64,000 bases of DNA. It comes from Minutocellus sp. GHC0000111 (taxonomy: Eukaryota). Both the position numbers and the translations under genes were made by a program. Positions within the stretch are counted from its first letter, which is position 1, and each line of letters opens with the position of its first letter. The stretch spans positions 2,976,001-3,040,000 of the forward strand of contig OZ361260.1 of assembly GCA_977018835.1 (NCBI GenBank). The letters are read 5' to 3'. Shown here piece by piece: positions 12,081 to 24,173 of the stretch. The notes under the pieces were generated by a model that worked only from the letters and a program-made list of their open reading frames with translations, made no database searches and was not told where the DNA came from.

Positions 12081-12737
12081 ATGACTACACGGATTGCGTT
12101 AGTCGGCGACTCTGACATATCACGCTGGCCGCCAGAGCTCTTCCCATCGCTTCCAAGCGCCAATTGCTCCGTCGTGAGGAACGGACAGTCAGGTGCTGTG
12201 CTTGATGAAGCCATCGGCCTCGTTTCCGAGACTGTGAGAGACATTGCTGCAACAGAGATCGAAGCGAGAGAAAAGAATGGACCAAGAGCGTCACGAATAA
12301 TAATCGTTCTTTGTGCCGGAGAAAACGACATCGGTCAGGGTTATTCGATTGACAAAATTATAAGATCATTCGAACGGGTGGTTGACAAGTGCTTTGAATT
12401 CGACGAAATAATCAAAGTGATCTATCTTGGACCAAAGATCGAGCCCTGGCTGACCAACGACCCCTCATCTCGAAAGCAGTATGTCAAATTATCCAAGTCT
12501 CTTCAACGAGCAACGGAACGTCACAATAGGAAAGTAGACCTGTGTTATGTTGATTGTCTGTTGATGTTCTGCGGAGAGAGTGCAAACGTCCCTGGCGCAG
12601 TAACCGCCAAAGCCAAGGCGGAAGAACGATACTTTCACAAGGATGGGCTCCATCTAAGCGACGAGGGATACTCCATCTGGAAGGAGGTGATTGAAGGTGA
12701 AATCAAACAGACACTACTGGTAACAGATACGGCGTAA
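12081..12737 (+). CDS. SGNH/GDSL hydrolase
   Basis: Block I VGDSDI, block III GENDI, block V DGLHLS. Confidence 0.85.
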   Translation: MTTRIALVGDSDISRWPPELFPSLPSANCSVVRNGQSGAVLDEAIGLVSETVRDIAATEIEAREKNGPRASRIIIVLCAGENDIGQGYSIDKIIRSFERVVDKCFEFDEIIKVIYLGPKIEPWLTNDPSSRKQYVKLSKSLQRATERHNRKVDLCYVDCLLMFCGESANVPGAVTAKAKAEERYFHKDGLHLSDEGYSIWKEVIEGEIKQTLLVTDTA

Positions 12738-12803
12738 TTTTTCATTAGCTTTCCTCACATTCGACTGAAAGTAGATAAAAATGCCAAGTCGCCACTACAT
12801 GTA

Positions 12804-12983
12804 CAGTCCGTTCTCACCTACAAGCAATAATTGAGACTCGGGCCCGAGGTCTCAAATTGCTTATTTTGGAATAAGGAATAACATGGGAATGAGGTACCAA
12901 TTAGCTCTTAGAATAAGCAATATGCTCAGAATCTCAGCCCTCACCTAAGCAATTACCAATTGCTTATAGGTGAGAACAGACTG
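12804..12983. mobile_element. MITE copy 1 (Tc1/mariner-type, CAGT...ACTG ends)
   Basis: TIR cagtc(c/t)gttctcaccta(c/t)aagcaat. Flanks are TA (left) and CA (right). Near-identical to 13331-13507 in inverted orientation. Confidence 0.9.
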
Positions 12984-13330
12984 CAGTCTCTGCAATTATT
13001 AGTTGGTCTTGAATGATGGGTTATACAACAAATATGGTTATTACTACATGTATCATGCAAACGCAACCATGTATTTCGCTTGGATCAATGTATCAATATC
13101 CCCTCTAAAAAAGAGACGTTGGTTCTTCTCTTTTCGGCCCTTTGAACCCTTGGTAGTCTACGGCACATGCCTTTCATGCCTTTCACCCCCATAAAACGAG
13201 CAAAGCACATATGGCTGGCATGTAGCCATCACACATGCTTCTATCCAGACCACTTTTCACTACATAGGACTTCCTGCCGGTCGGTACGAGTGCTAGATCG
13301 TCTACTAGCTAGAATCTAGCTAGGTACGCA

Positions 13331-13507
13331 CAGTCTGTTCTCACCTATAAGCAATTGGTAATTGCTTAGGTGAGGGCTGAGATTCTGAGCATATTGCTTA
13401 TTCTAAGAGCTAATTGGTACCTCATTCCCATGTTATTCCTTATTCCAAAATAAGCAATTTGAGACCTCGGGCCCGAGTCTCAATTGCTTATAGGTGAGAA
13501 CGGACTG
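13331..13507. mobile_element. MITE copy 2
   Basis: Same TIRs and body. Flanks are CA (left) and TA (right). Confidence 0.9.
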
Positions 13508-14040
13508 TAGTGCTACCTTTGGCTCGTCGGCGCGCAAGCAACAGGCACAAATTAGATTCTTAGCACTAAATAATGAAAGATATGGGATACCAAGTGCGTG
13601 TCGATCTGGCGACGCCAGCGACGTTTTCGCCCAGAAATCGGAAAGTCCGAAGAAATACCTACAAAATCTCATTTCTCAGAATGTTTTCCATAATTTTTGT
13701 TTTGGAACGACAGTTTTGTGCTACTCAAAAAACAAAAAAATAATATTTGCCTGAACTGGAGAACTATTTATTTGAGAATTCGAGTCAATAAGGCAAGTTT
13801 GATGCAAAGTTATGAATGTTACCGAGGTGTCGCACTACATGTAACTATCACCGTTAAAACTATCAACCTTTATGTACTTGTTGATATGTTCGCCGTGTTC
13901 GAGTCACTCGTGTAGGATGACACAGCACAGCTTCAGCATCAGCCATTTTTACCAGCAAACACACGAGGTTTGAGTTTTTACACGTACCAAATGCATCAAA
14001 GCAAGCTAGTAACATAATAAATCTAAGTAAAAATGTCAAT

Positions 14041-15681
14041 CTAAGCTTTCTTGGAGCGAGGGGCGATACCGTCCTTGGTTGCGATGAAGTCGCCTCGGAC
14101 GTTTTGTCCTTGTTGGGCCGTTGGCTTACAACTTCGCAAGAACTCGTTGCCGCCGCCATTTTCTTCCACTCTTTCTAGAATTCGTTTCGCCAACACGTAT
14201 CCATGAGCGACTTTTTCCGATGTCAAATCGCTCCATGTATCTTGGCATCGCTTCCATATTGCATCGTTGTTTCCGATGGCCTTCTCCCCGCCCTCCTTCA
14301 GCAAATGAGAGTGGATTTTAGACATGCAGGGGAAGACGGCCAAGTCAAGATTGTTCGAGTAGGGCATCTGAGCAGCCTGGGGCTCCCAATACCAATGGCT
14401 CCTTATCTGGCATTGCTCCTTGCACCATGCTTGGAAATTGCCCTCGCGGTGAGGACCGGCATTGTCGCCTTGAACAACTACGCCATAGTTCTGGTACTTT
14501 CCATAGAGACTTGGATCAGCGATGGGCGGGGAATTGTTTTCAGGATCAGCCTCGTATCGTTGCTTCTCCTCCTGATACTTTTCTTTGTCAACACAAGTAG
14601 CGGGAGGACCAACTAACTTCTCTAAAAGAGGGATAATTTGATGTTCAAATATCTCTCGGAGAGAAAAGCTAGGATTCGTCGAAGTCCCGCTACTTACGAA
14701 GGGTAGCATCAACCATGTAGGGCCTACCCTTCTCACGAATCAGCTCTCCATCGTAGCGCTGCCGACCCTCATCGTCCTTCCGACCAGCACGCTGATTCTT
14801 CTGCGCCATTCGGCCTGCCATGCATCGACACAGACCAAGCATCAAGCCGTCGCCGCCATCCTCGATGTTACCGCCATAAGCATACCCAGTGAACGCAACC
14901 ACCATAATCTTCGGAATGTGGCACTTATATGCTGACAAAAATTCATTGGGTGATGAAGGCCCAGAGCCTTGCAGATTTTGTTGTTGCGCCTTCCGACGTA
15001 CCCATGGAACCACTTTTCATCGTAATGCACAAGAATAGTAGGCTCGGCTTCTCTCCCCCAGCCATTGAGGAAATGCTTCGCAAATCGGACATGCTCGGCC
15101 ATCTGAGCTGTTGTAAGCAAAGGCAATATTGCTTCTGCACCGCATGTAGCTCCACAATGCGAAGTAAACCACCGATCAATCTTCCTTGCACTGCACCAAC
15201 CGTCAATGTCATCTGCAACATCATGCCAACTTTTGGACTGATCCTTGAGAAGTATTGCAATAATCTCATCTCGAATTCCAGGCTGTCTAGCGATGGCCGA
15301 CCGAGAAAGAAAGTTGAATGGCTCTTTGTTGTCGGCGGTAAGGTATTGGAACTTTTCGCGCGCCATCTTCCTTATGTCTCCCTGCGCAGATGAATCCAAG
15401 AGGTAGCAATTCTCAGCGGCCTCCGCCGATGCCTTCTGTAGCAAATGCTCTCCATAAAAATATACTGGAGTGTACATCGAGCGCGCATGATCATAGTCTT
15501 CGATCACAGAAAGAAATTTGACCCTCTTCGCTCCGGGCTCCTCCCCTCTTTCCTTTCTCTTTCGCTTCTTGCTTTCCTTCTTCGCCTCTGCTCTTCGCTC
15601 GGCCTTCTGTGGCATCATGAGGCGATCGTACGCATCTTTGGGGTGGTGCCGCTCAACTCCATATGTGTGGGCGAGATTCAC
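14041..15681 (-). pseudogene. Mariner DD39D transposase, frameshifted across three ORFs
   Basis: Triad motifs VHYDEKWF, VQGDNAGPH and QMPYSNNLDLAVF, with 39 residues between the 2nd and 3rd Asp. Confidence 0.85.
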
Positions 15682-16998
15682 TATATTGCGAGAGGATCTT
15701 TCGTCGCTGGAAGGGTTGCCATTCCAAGGGTCTTGCGCATGGCAGCAGCAGATGCCACAGCACCATAGTCCACAGCAATTGCAGTGTCAAAATCAGGGTC
15801 GTCCCTTGATAGGCCCATGCTATCAGCTCTCCATCCTCTGCAAAGATTCATTCCACCATTCTTTTTCATGAGCTCAGTTACAATCTGACCTCCGTCTTTC
15901 CGGCACTGCCGTTTCGCCGGCGGACTAGAGGCCGTTCCCCCATCGTCTTTGTCATCTCCTAATGCATCTTGGCGAGTCCTTTTGATAGCTGCACGAGCTG
16001 GGGGGTTGTGGATGATTGGAGCAGAAGATGTGGCTGATCGAATTCGAGTGAGGCGGAAAAGGGGAACATCATGCTCAAATTTCTGGGCTGCGATGGCGTC
16101 ATGCTGCACATCCACCGTCGTCAGCTTCCCACCGGAGCCTTTCACATCGGTAACGATTCCATCACCGCCGGGAGAATTCTTGTGTGGGCTGCAGTCTGAT
16201 GAAACCCTCACGGTATCGCCTTTTTGGAGGAGGGGTTTGCCCGACACATAGTTGCTCGACTTCTTCCCCTTCGGCGGCGTAGTGATGGAAGTGACGGCAC
16301 CTCTTTGTTTTGCATGCTCCTTCCTTTCATATTCAAGGCATATGCGCTTATTCTCGCGCTCTTTCTCCGCCGCGACCTGCGCCTTCTTGGCCGCCTTCTT
16401 CGCAATGTCTTCGGCTGCCTTCGCTTTCTCGGCATCCAATTGTTGGGATCGCTGCACTTGCGCCGGTGCTGGCGACGACGATGGATGAGAGGACGTATCA
16501 GTCGATGTACCAGTCGGCAGAGAAGGCGGAGAAGGCGGAGAACGAGCAGGAGACACAATGGCCGGGCGAGTCGATGGCGTTCGAGTCACGTTCGACGAGG
16601 GTGAGGTATTGGCATTATTTGATTGCGATGCGGCCCGTGCAGACGTTGTTGGACGGCGGGATGAACGAGCGTTGTTGGAGGCTGCTGGCGACCGAAAATA
16701 CGTAGGAGGCCATGGGAGGAGATCACCCCTGGATAAATGCATGTCTGCAAGGAAGGTTTTTGTCGCTGAGATTGGTCGTGTTGTTTATATCGGCCACGAA
16801 GCATTTGTGGCAGCGCAAGTTTGCGTTCTCTTTGCCGTATCTTTGGAAGTGCTGCACTTGACAGCAGTGGTGGAACGATGCGCCACATTTTGTGCACCGA
16901 TCATTGGCGGGAGGGCCGGCCGAGCCAGGGATAGCCAACGCGCAAGCGCCAATTTGAGAATAACTGCAGGAGTTTGGCATAAATGGGAGGAGGGGCAA
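15681..16998 (-). pseudogene. Upstream transposon ORF(s): PHD-like finger, low-complexity linker, Tudor/SH3-like barrel
   Basis: C..C..CTKC-x4-H-x2-C..CHKC pattern (16723-16998). KGDTVRV...GIVTDV...VDVQH...EHDVP segment. Confidence 0.5.
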
Positions 16999-17679
16999 GC
17001 GGTATCGTTTCGTTCTCGTTCTTTATGCTGGATGGTCGGACGATGATTGGCTGATGAACATTGAAAATCTTCAGAGCCGTATAAAAGTTTTACTGTGTCA
17101 GAGAGATTTGGGCGGGAATGTGTCGATTTGGAGGGCGATCCCGACGCCGCCGGATTCGCAAGGAGCGCGATCGATGAAGGCGGCGAACATCACACGTTGC
17201 TCAACATATCTTGAACTAATCGATGAGGGAAAGTCCGATCGGTTGGACAACATTTCGTGATAAACGACCATGCAAAGCAACGACCTTTTGCCATGAAGAG
17301 AGAGGCAAACGAGACGGGCAAGCAAAAAAACGGTCAAAGACGCCCAAAATGTGCTAAATTAAGTAGTGGAGAGCCGGCCATGCCAGTAAAAGACATTTTT
17401 CCGCTCTCTCTTCTCACTCCTGCGAAAATTTCTCGCTGGCGTCGCCAGATCGACACGCACTTGGTATGGGGGTTGCGCTGGACGCTGGATGGATGGCACA
17501 ATGGCACAGGAAATGAATCCCCACGCACTGATACTGAGATAGTTGATGTCTTTACTGATATGTCACTTGACTCCTGGCTTAGCTTTGCCTTCGTTGCATG
17601 TAGGGATCTCTCAAGAGGCACATAAATCAAAGCTTTCATTCAGACAACATTCCTCCCTGCATGAAATCATCGCTCGACC

Positions 17680-19305
17680 ATGAGCATGGACAACTCTCAT
17701 ACTTTGTGCGTCACAGCGCTTTGCACAAGCACATTTGTTCAAGCATATCTGCTGATATCGATATTTCCCTATGCAGGGTTTATGGCGATCGACATCTACA
17801 AGGGAAATCGAACTATCAATGAAGAGAATGCTGGTACATATGCAGGTCTCCTGGCAAGCTTCTTCATGCTTGGCAGGGCGTTATCGGCGTACCCATGGGG
17901 TCTGGCCGCGGACATTTATGGCCGAAAGCCTGCATTGATATGGTCTCTCTTGACTTGGGCATTGTTCTCACTAATGTTCGGATTATCCAAAACATTCGGC
18001 GTTGCCTTGGCAACCCGATTTTGGCTTGGGTTTTGCAATAGCATTCAGTCAACTGCAAAGACATCAGTGACAGAGATTGCCAAGGGTGATGAAAAGCTCG
18101 AAGCAAGGGGGACAGGACTTACAATTGGCATGCGTGGCATCGGCTTTCTTTTGAGTCCTGCATTGGGTGGGATATTGGCAAATCCCGTGAAACAATATCC
18201 AGAGTGGGCATTGACGCAAAGATTCGAACAAATATTAACGCGGTATCCTTTTCTACTCCCCAATATCGTTGGGTGTGCACTGTGCATACTATCAGCCTTG
18301 GCGGTTCAGCTATTTGTCGAAGAGACACTGCCAGAAGATCAGAGGAGACACGTGAAATATTTTGCTACTGATGTCTGGCAATGGATGTTGACCAAGATAC
18401 AGAATATATGTCGATTTATTTTGAGGAAAAAAGAGGTAAACTCTCCCTCCACAATCAATGAAGAAATGCCATTGGTTAGTGGGGAAAGGAAAATGGGAGC
18501 AAAGTTGCAGAGAAGAATCAATGGCGTTGACGAACACGCTGATCAAGCAGATGGAGGAAAGGCAACGATTAATGGATTTGGCGATAAGGAAGAAAATGGT
18601 GGTGCAACTGCAAGTGCTATCTGGAATCGCGAATCAACTCGCCGCCATCTCATTTCATATTGGCTATTTTCATTTGTGGTAGTCGTTGTCGACGAGTCCT
18701 TCCCACTTTTTTGTATATCACGCGTAGGTGGCCTGTCGCTCTCTGAAGCCTCAATCGGCAAAATCTTGTCAGCTGCTGGTGTCATTTTCGTTTTGGGACA
18801 GTACCTCACCTTCGCCACATTAGTTGATAGGCTTGGTCTGTACAGAGCACAGACAATCGGAGCACTGCTTGGGGTACCACCTACAATCCTGATTCCGATA
18901 GCGAATCTTCTGAATGGATCTGTCTCAGAACGCGAGGGGGAATTGGCTTGGTCCACGTTTCTTTTCCTCACTGTAGTTATTGGCGTGGCAAAAATCTTTA
19001 CATGTTTATATATGGCGGTCATTACCATTACCACGAACCGAACAGTGCCGGCATCGTTACGGGCTACGACGAACGGACTTTCTATGGTCGGAGGCAGTGT
19101 AGCGAAAGGCTTGGGTCCAATCTTTGCTGGTGTACTAGTTGCCGTCTCATTTTCTGTGCCAAAAGAAGACATTGCGCGCTATGGCTCCGTGTTTATCTGG
19201 TCTACAATCACCATACTGGGACTTATGGTTTACCAAGATGCACGATCGCTCGAACGATTTAGTGCTCAAGATGACGATGCAGATGCAGATGATGAAGTGA
19301 CATAA
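17680..19305 (+). CDS. MFS transporter (ZIFL-like)
   Basis: Multiple hydrophobic segments, WGLAADIYGRKP motif A, YPFLLPN. Confidence 0.9.
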   Translation: MSMDNSHTLCVTALCTSTFVQAYLLISIFPYAGFMAIDIYKGNRTINEENAGTYAGLLASFFMLGRALSAYPWGLAADIYGRKPALIWSLLTWALFSLMFGLSKTFGVALATRFWLGFCNSIQSTAKTSVTEIAKGDEKLEARGTGLTIGMRGIGFLLSPALGGILANPVKQYPEWALTQRFEQILTRYPFLLPNIVGCALCILSALAVQLFVEETLPEDQRRHVKYFATDVWQWMLTKIQNICRFILRKKEVNSPSTINEEMPLVSGERKMGAKLQRRINGVDEHADQADGGKATINGFGDKEENGGATASAIWNRESTRRHLISYWLFSFVVVVVDESFPLFCISRVGGLSLSEASIGKILSAAGVIFVLGQYLTFATLVDRLGLYRAQTIGALLGVPPTILIPIANLLNGSVSEREGELAWSTFLFLTVVIGVAKIFTCLYMAVITITTNRTVPASLRATTNGLSMVGGSVAKGLGPIFAGVLVAVSFSVPKEDIARYGSVFIWSTITILGLMVYQDARSLERFSAQDDDADADDEVT

Positions 19306-19405
19306 TTTTGGACAGATAAATAGCTACAGCTCGTTTCGAAACAGCCACTCCTAATTTACACAGAATTGATCCATTATCTTTTTGTTTGCGGGTCCATCAA
19401 CTTGC

Positions 19406-20140
19406 TTACGACCAGAATGGATCATCCTCCTCACTCACACCTCCCATGCCACCACCGAGCTCTGCCGCTTCGTTGCCCTCTCCCATATTCAAAACCACAT
19501 TGGGCAAAAGGACATCTCCCAAATCCATTTCTTCTCCACCCTTTTCCCTCCACTGACCTTCAACGTCGTAGTACAACCTGGACCGAGGAGTCATAACATG
19601 GACCATGACATCACCGTAATCCAACAACATCCAACCAGAATCTGCCGTACCCTCGGCGCCACCAGACTTGGTCTGAAGGCCATCAAATTGCTCAGCAACG
19701 TCATCAATGATGGCAGCACTAATGGCCGAGTTCTGTGGACGACTGTTACCACTGACGATGACAATGAAGCAGGTCATGGCGGTTACCTTGGAGACACGAA
19801 GAGCAACGATATCCTCGGCCTTTCGCTTGTCAGCAGCCCCAGCGATACAGCGGACGAGAGGAGCCAAGTCGTCCAGTTCCGGCGTCTCCGTAACGTCCGA
19901 GGCATCGACAGTGTTGTCCATCGGTTCATTGATGAATTCCAAGAAATTATCAGTCCGTGCTTCGGTATTTTTGCTCTTCCCCTGCGACATGAACAGGACA
20001 GAAGATGGTCGTACTGCTGATGTTGTTCGGACTGCTGTGGATGAGGTGGCAGGAGAATGAGATGGCAGCACCCAGCCCAATACCTGAAAAGGGCAAGCGC
20101 ATGATAATAACACACCCGAGACGAGACAGCCTGACTTCAT
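19406..20140 (-). CDS. rsfS: Ribosome silencing factor RsfS/Iojap, probably plastid-targeted
   Basis: AADKRKAEDIVAL, SGWMLLDYGDVMVHVM..R.YYDVE..W motifs; bipartite presequence (VLG|WVLP). Confidence 0.9.
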   Translation of the reverse strand: MKSGCLVSGVLLSCACPFQVLGWVLPSHSPATSSTAVRTTSAVRPSSVLFMSQGKSKNTEARTDNFLEFINEPMDNTVDASDVTETPELDDLAPLVRCIAGAADKRKAEDIVALRVSKVTAMTCFIVIVSGNSRPQNSAISAAIIDDVAEQFDGLQTKSGGAEGTADSGWMLLDYGDVMVHVMTPRSRLYYDVEGQWREKGGEEMDLGDVLLPNVVLNMGEGNEAAELGGGMGGVSEEDDPFWS

Positions 20141-20293
20141 ATTCGTGTATTTGGTCGGTAGAGCAGACCGGTTGAGCGATGGTTGGAATTCCTACTACGT
20201 AGTAATAGTATGGCGGAAACGCACTCGTCGGGTTGGTTGTGTGGATTGGTTGTCTGCGCTGGTCGATCTCGGATACAATGTGTGGATCGCCTA

Positions 20294-20480
20294 CAGTCTG
20301 TTCTCACCTACCATTGGTATAAGCAATTGGTAATTGCTTAGGTGAGGGCTGAGATTCTGAGCATATTGCTTATTCTAAGAGCTAATTGGTACCTCATTCC
20401 CATGTTATTCCTTATTCCAAAATAAGCAATTTGAGACCTCGGGCCCGAGTCTCAATTGCTTATAAGGTGAGAACGGACTG
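20294..20480. mobile_element. MITE copy 3 with a 9-bp insertion in the left TIR
   Basis: Same family, intact TA/TA TSD, extra ccattggta after ctcaccta. Confidence 0.9.
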
Positions 20481-20764
20481 TATTGGTTCGGCCCTTCGAA
20501 GCAAGGCGCAAGCAAGGAAGCAAGCAGAGCCGCCACTCATCAGTCAATGCTGTACCACCGCGGTTAGATCTACTACGGTACATGTAGATCCAGATTTAAC
20601 CCATGGCCTTTCCATAGATCTAAATCCTAGATCTAGATCCTAGATCTAGAAGATCTAGATCTACTCCTATGAACATTTTTAATCTTTTATCCTATTGATA
20701 TATACACATGGTCGTGTCCAATGCCTGCTGCATGCATGTCCCATGACACTGCATTAGATCTACA

Positions 20765-20945
20765 CAGTCCGTCACCGTCAATAAGCATATTTGATATGCT
20801 TGTTTGAGAGACCTCAGATTTTCCGCATATTGCTTATTGTAAGATCCAATTCGCATTTCATTAGCATGAAAACCCTTGTTCCAAAATAAGCATGTTGAGA
20901 CCTCAGCTCCAGAATGGACATGCTTGTGTTGACGGTGACGGACTG
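20765..20945. mobile_element. Related, diverged MITE
   Basis: TIR cagtccgtcaccgtcaa / ttgacggtgacggactg. Shares internal catattgcttatt and ttccaaaataagc..ttgagacctc with copies 1-3. Both flanks are CA. Confidence 0.8.
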
Positions 20946-21016
20946 CAAGGTGCTGCTGAAGGCTGGCTGATACTACGACAAGTCTCTCTTTTAACGTCTC
21001 GCCCGTCCCTTTGAGT

Positions 21017-22122
21017 TTACCCAATTATTCTAGGGATGGCATCCTCGACAATCTTCGTTTCGGCCGAGTCAGCATCAGGAGTGTCGACCACAATCACGAC
21101 CAGATGCTTGTTTGGAACGTCAGGCTTTTGAATGAAGCATTCCAAACAATCACCGCTGTCGTCACACTGCCCTCCAATGGATGCAAGAATCATCGAACAA
21201 CACTCTTGGGGCGCAAGAGGGATGGGATAGGTCCCCTCTTCTGTAGGATGATTGCCGACGGAACAGTCCCAGGGGCCGATTGCAATCTCGACGCCATCGA
21301 TGTGCCACTATGTGTAAGAAATGGGTGTAACGCGCAACAGAGGCGGCGAGAGTCAGATGGAGAGAGCCTTCTTACAAGAAAAAATGCATGTTGTGTACCG
21401 AGGCACACATGCACAGCGAGCGTAGCATGGCATTTTCACTCACCTTGTAGGGATAATGCACAATCGAGTCACCATTCGTTCCCACAATCTGGGTGCCAGA
21501 GTCATCCGTTAGAATGACTACCTTGGCATGGTCAACATCATCTTCGTGTCTCTTGGAGCGGACCTCGAATTGTAGATCATCTGTCGTTCCACCCAAATGC
21601 ATGTGTGAGGAGGGCCTCATTTTGCTCCAAATCTTGCATAATGGTCGCCTCGCATTCCTTTTCGTTCAAACCAACGCAGTTGGGAAATTCCAATTGCAGT
21701 AGGTGTAAGCTTCGAGTGGCGCTGTCGGCACCAGCAGACTCAACGTGTTGATCGAGGTGGGCCATGATTTCCTTGACTCGTCTGAGCATGTCACCCTTGG
21801 AAGGGCCCTCGGTTCCCTTGAGTGAACGCGATGCCGTTGTTGGTTTTAGATAGATCAGTTCCCTATCTTCATCCGAGGCAGTCCCTTCCTCCACCTTGAG
21901 AATTCTCATTGGTCTTGACGGTCCTTCCATGGTCTTGAGCACACGACCCTTGCTCGAAGTGGCAGCTGCGTCAGAAGTGGCAGTGGTGCTTTTATCACCA
22001 TCGCTCGCGAGCAGGTAGCGACTGAAATTTGATGCCGAAGCATCACCAACTCCAAGGAGGGCAGCCGTTCCGGCACAGATGCCCAAGACGGCGGCAAGGA
22101 ACCGCTTTGTATTCAGATTCAT
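21017..22122 (-). CDS. Secreted RXL-repeat protein with C-terminal potato-inhibitor-I-like domain(s); one intron and one frameshift (~21600)
   Basis: Signal peptide; RYL/RVL/RIL/REL/RSL motifs; FPNCVGLNEKECEATI; last exon WHIDG...PRIIG*. Confidence 0.5.
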
Positions 22123-22599
22123 TTGGTGAATTGATGAATATTGTGCTGCTACTTTCGCGTTTTTCTGCGAGAGATGACTCGAGATGATCTCCTAATGCTA
22201 TTATTCTCCACTTTCAGTTTCGATGTACCAGCAGCAAACATGCAAATGCATGCGTGCTGATTCTTCTCAGATTCAACCTCTATCCAGATTATCAAGCCAG
22301 AGTTTCCGATACAAATGTATCGTTGCAAGCAGGCTCAGCAATCATTCATGCCGTCGGTCATGGTAATGGTGGCGGTCATTTGCCGTCACACAGCTACGTA
22401 CGAGCTCGTACGTACCGTCCTTCCGTCGTCGCAGCCCGCAGCTCTTCATGACTCCAGCTCTCCAGCCCACTGCACTGCTACTGGCCGCTCCCGCCGCCGC
22501 TCCCTCGCCTCAGGCACGCCTCAGAGTAGTCTGGTCGCCCTCATACCTTTTCAGAATTGCTTCTATTCACTGCTAGTATCCGTGCATTACATCATTAAC

Positions 22600-24099
22600 A
22601 TGTCCTCCAAGTGGCAGCAGCAGCCCAACCGGCACTACTGTGCCCTGTGCAACGTGTGGATGGCCAACGATCGCATCTCCATCGCCACGCACGAGAATGG
22701 TCGGAAGCACAAGGAAGCCGTCGAGAAGGATTTGCAATCGCGCCGGGCCGACAAGCTCGAGGAGGAGCGACGCCGGAAGGATATGGAGGACAGCCTCCGC
22801 GCCATTGAGGCTGCGGCTGGTAAGAAATTGGAGGAGGACTTGGGTGGTGGCGCCTTCGCCGGATACTCGTACTCGCATGCCGGAGGAGTGGCAGCTGTAG
22901 CGGCCGGGGCAACTGGCAGTTACCCGCCAAGTAATGCTGCGCAGGTTCTGGCACAACCCACAGCCGGACCGGGATCTATTCAGAGCAAGCAGCAGCCTGA
23001 TGCCTCCGCCAAGAAGGAAATGTCCAGCTGGAACGAGCGCAAGAACAAACGCAAGGCGGATGCGACCGATAGGAGGGGAGGCGAAGGTGCCAACGACGGT
23101 GACGATGCCAATGGTGGAGCTGCAGCGGCTGCGAAGAGGCGGAAGGTGCGCAAATTGGCAGCCGATGAGGGACACTACACTCTTGGGGAAAATGACGACA
23201 AACGGACGTATCTAGAGGGCAAGGTGTACTCTGCAATTCTCGAAGAAGAAATGCCAGTTCAGATCTGGATCGGGGACGATGATGCACCGACGTCCAGCAT
23301 GGAACTGGAGATGAAACGAGATGATCGGCAGCATCTATGAAAGATGGGACTTGTCGTGAGAGTTCGAAGGCTCAAGAAGCTGCAGCCAACAATCAAGGGA
23401 GGTTTCATTGAAGAGGGTGCGGAGTCACATCTGAAAGGAAATGATAATGAGGAAGAAATTGCGGTGGATGTTGCTTATCTTCGGAATTCAAACGACGAAG
23501 ATGAGACGATTGAAAAGGCAGTTCCGCCATATCGACTGCGTTTGCTGCTGGGATCCGACGAGATGATACCTGGTACCATCGAGGAGGCCCGATTGGATCT
23601 GATGGGTGGAGAGGAGATTATTGAAACACACGCCGACGATGGAACGGCCGGTGGTGCTGGAGCTGCTGCTGCACCCACCATCGATGAAAACACCGGTCTG
23701 GCAACATGGAGCACAACGACCGTCCGGAAGGTCAGCGCCAACCGCGAGGCCAAGGAGGAGAGGGCGCGGATTCGGGCCAAGAGGAGGGAGGAGGCCGAAA
23801 GGGCTCGACAGCAGGAGCGGGATCTCAATGAAAGGAAGATGGAAGAAGCAAAGGTGGCAAATGCCGACGATAGTGCCCTGGGGAGTTATGATGTTTGGAC
23901 AGGAGGAAAGGCCGGGTACAAGGGAGTGGACATTATGAAGAACGACAAGGTCGAAGTCTCCGATACTGTCAAGAGTTTGGCGAAGGGCAAGGGCACTGTT
24001 GCCTTCAAAAAAATTGGAAGTGGTTCATCGATGTTCAAAGTCAAGGCAAAAAAGAAGAAAAATAGAAGAGTTACAAGTGCCGACGATGATGACGACTAG
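22600..24099 (+). CDS. U1-type (matrin) zinc-finger protein, WBP4/FBP21-like; in-frame TGA at 23338-23340
   Basis: HYCALCNVWM...HENGRKHK finger. The ORFs on either side of the TGA are in the same frame. Confidence 0.7.
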
Positions 24100-24173
24100 A
24101 TCTATGCAGATTTGGGTCAGTACAGCCAACGTGATGAAAACTTATATACTATTCCTAAACACTATTCCTAAAC

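Larger units (their letters stand above)
13590..17464 (-). mobile_element. DD39D mariner-like DNA transposon (~3.9 kb), degenerate
   Basis: Perfect 32-bp TIRs CCAAGTGCGTGTCGATCTGGCGACGCCAGCGA at both ends, flanked by TA (13588-89, 17465-66), with an internal transposase. Confidence 0.9.

Noticed and set aside
23338..23340. Selenocysteine or programmed readthrough at the in-frame TGA
   Set aside because: Context suggests TGG->TGA, no redox motif or evident SECIS, and other genes nearby also carry lesions.
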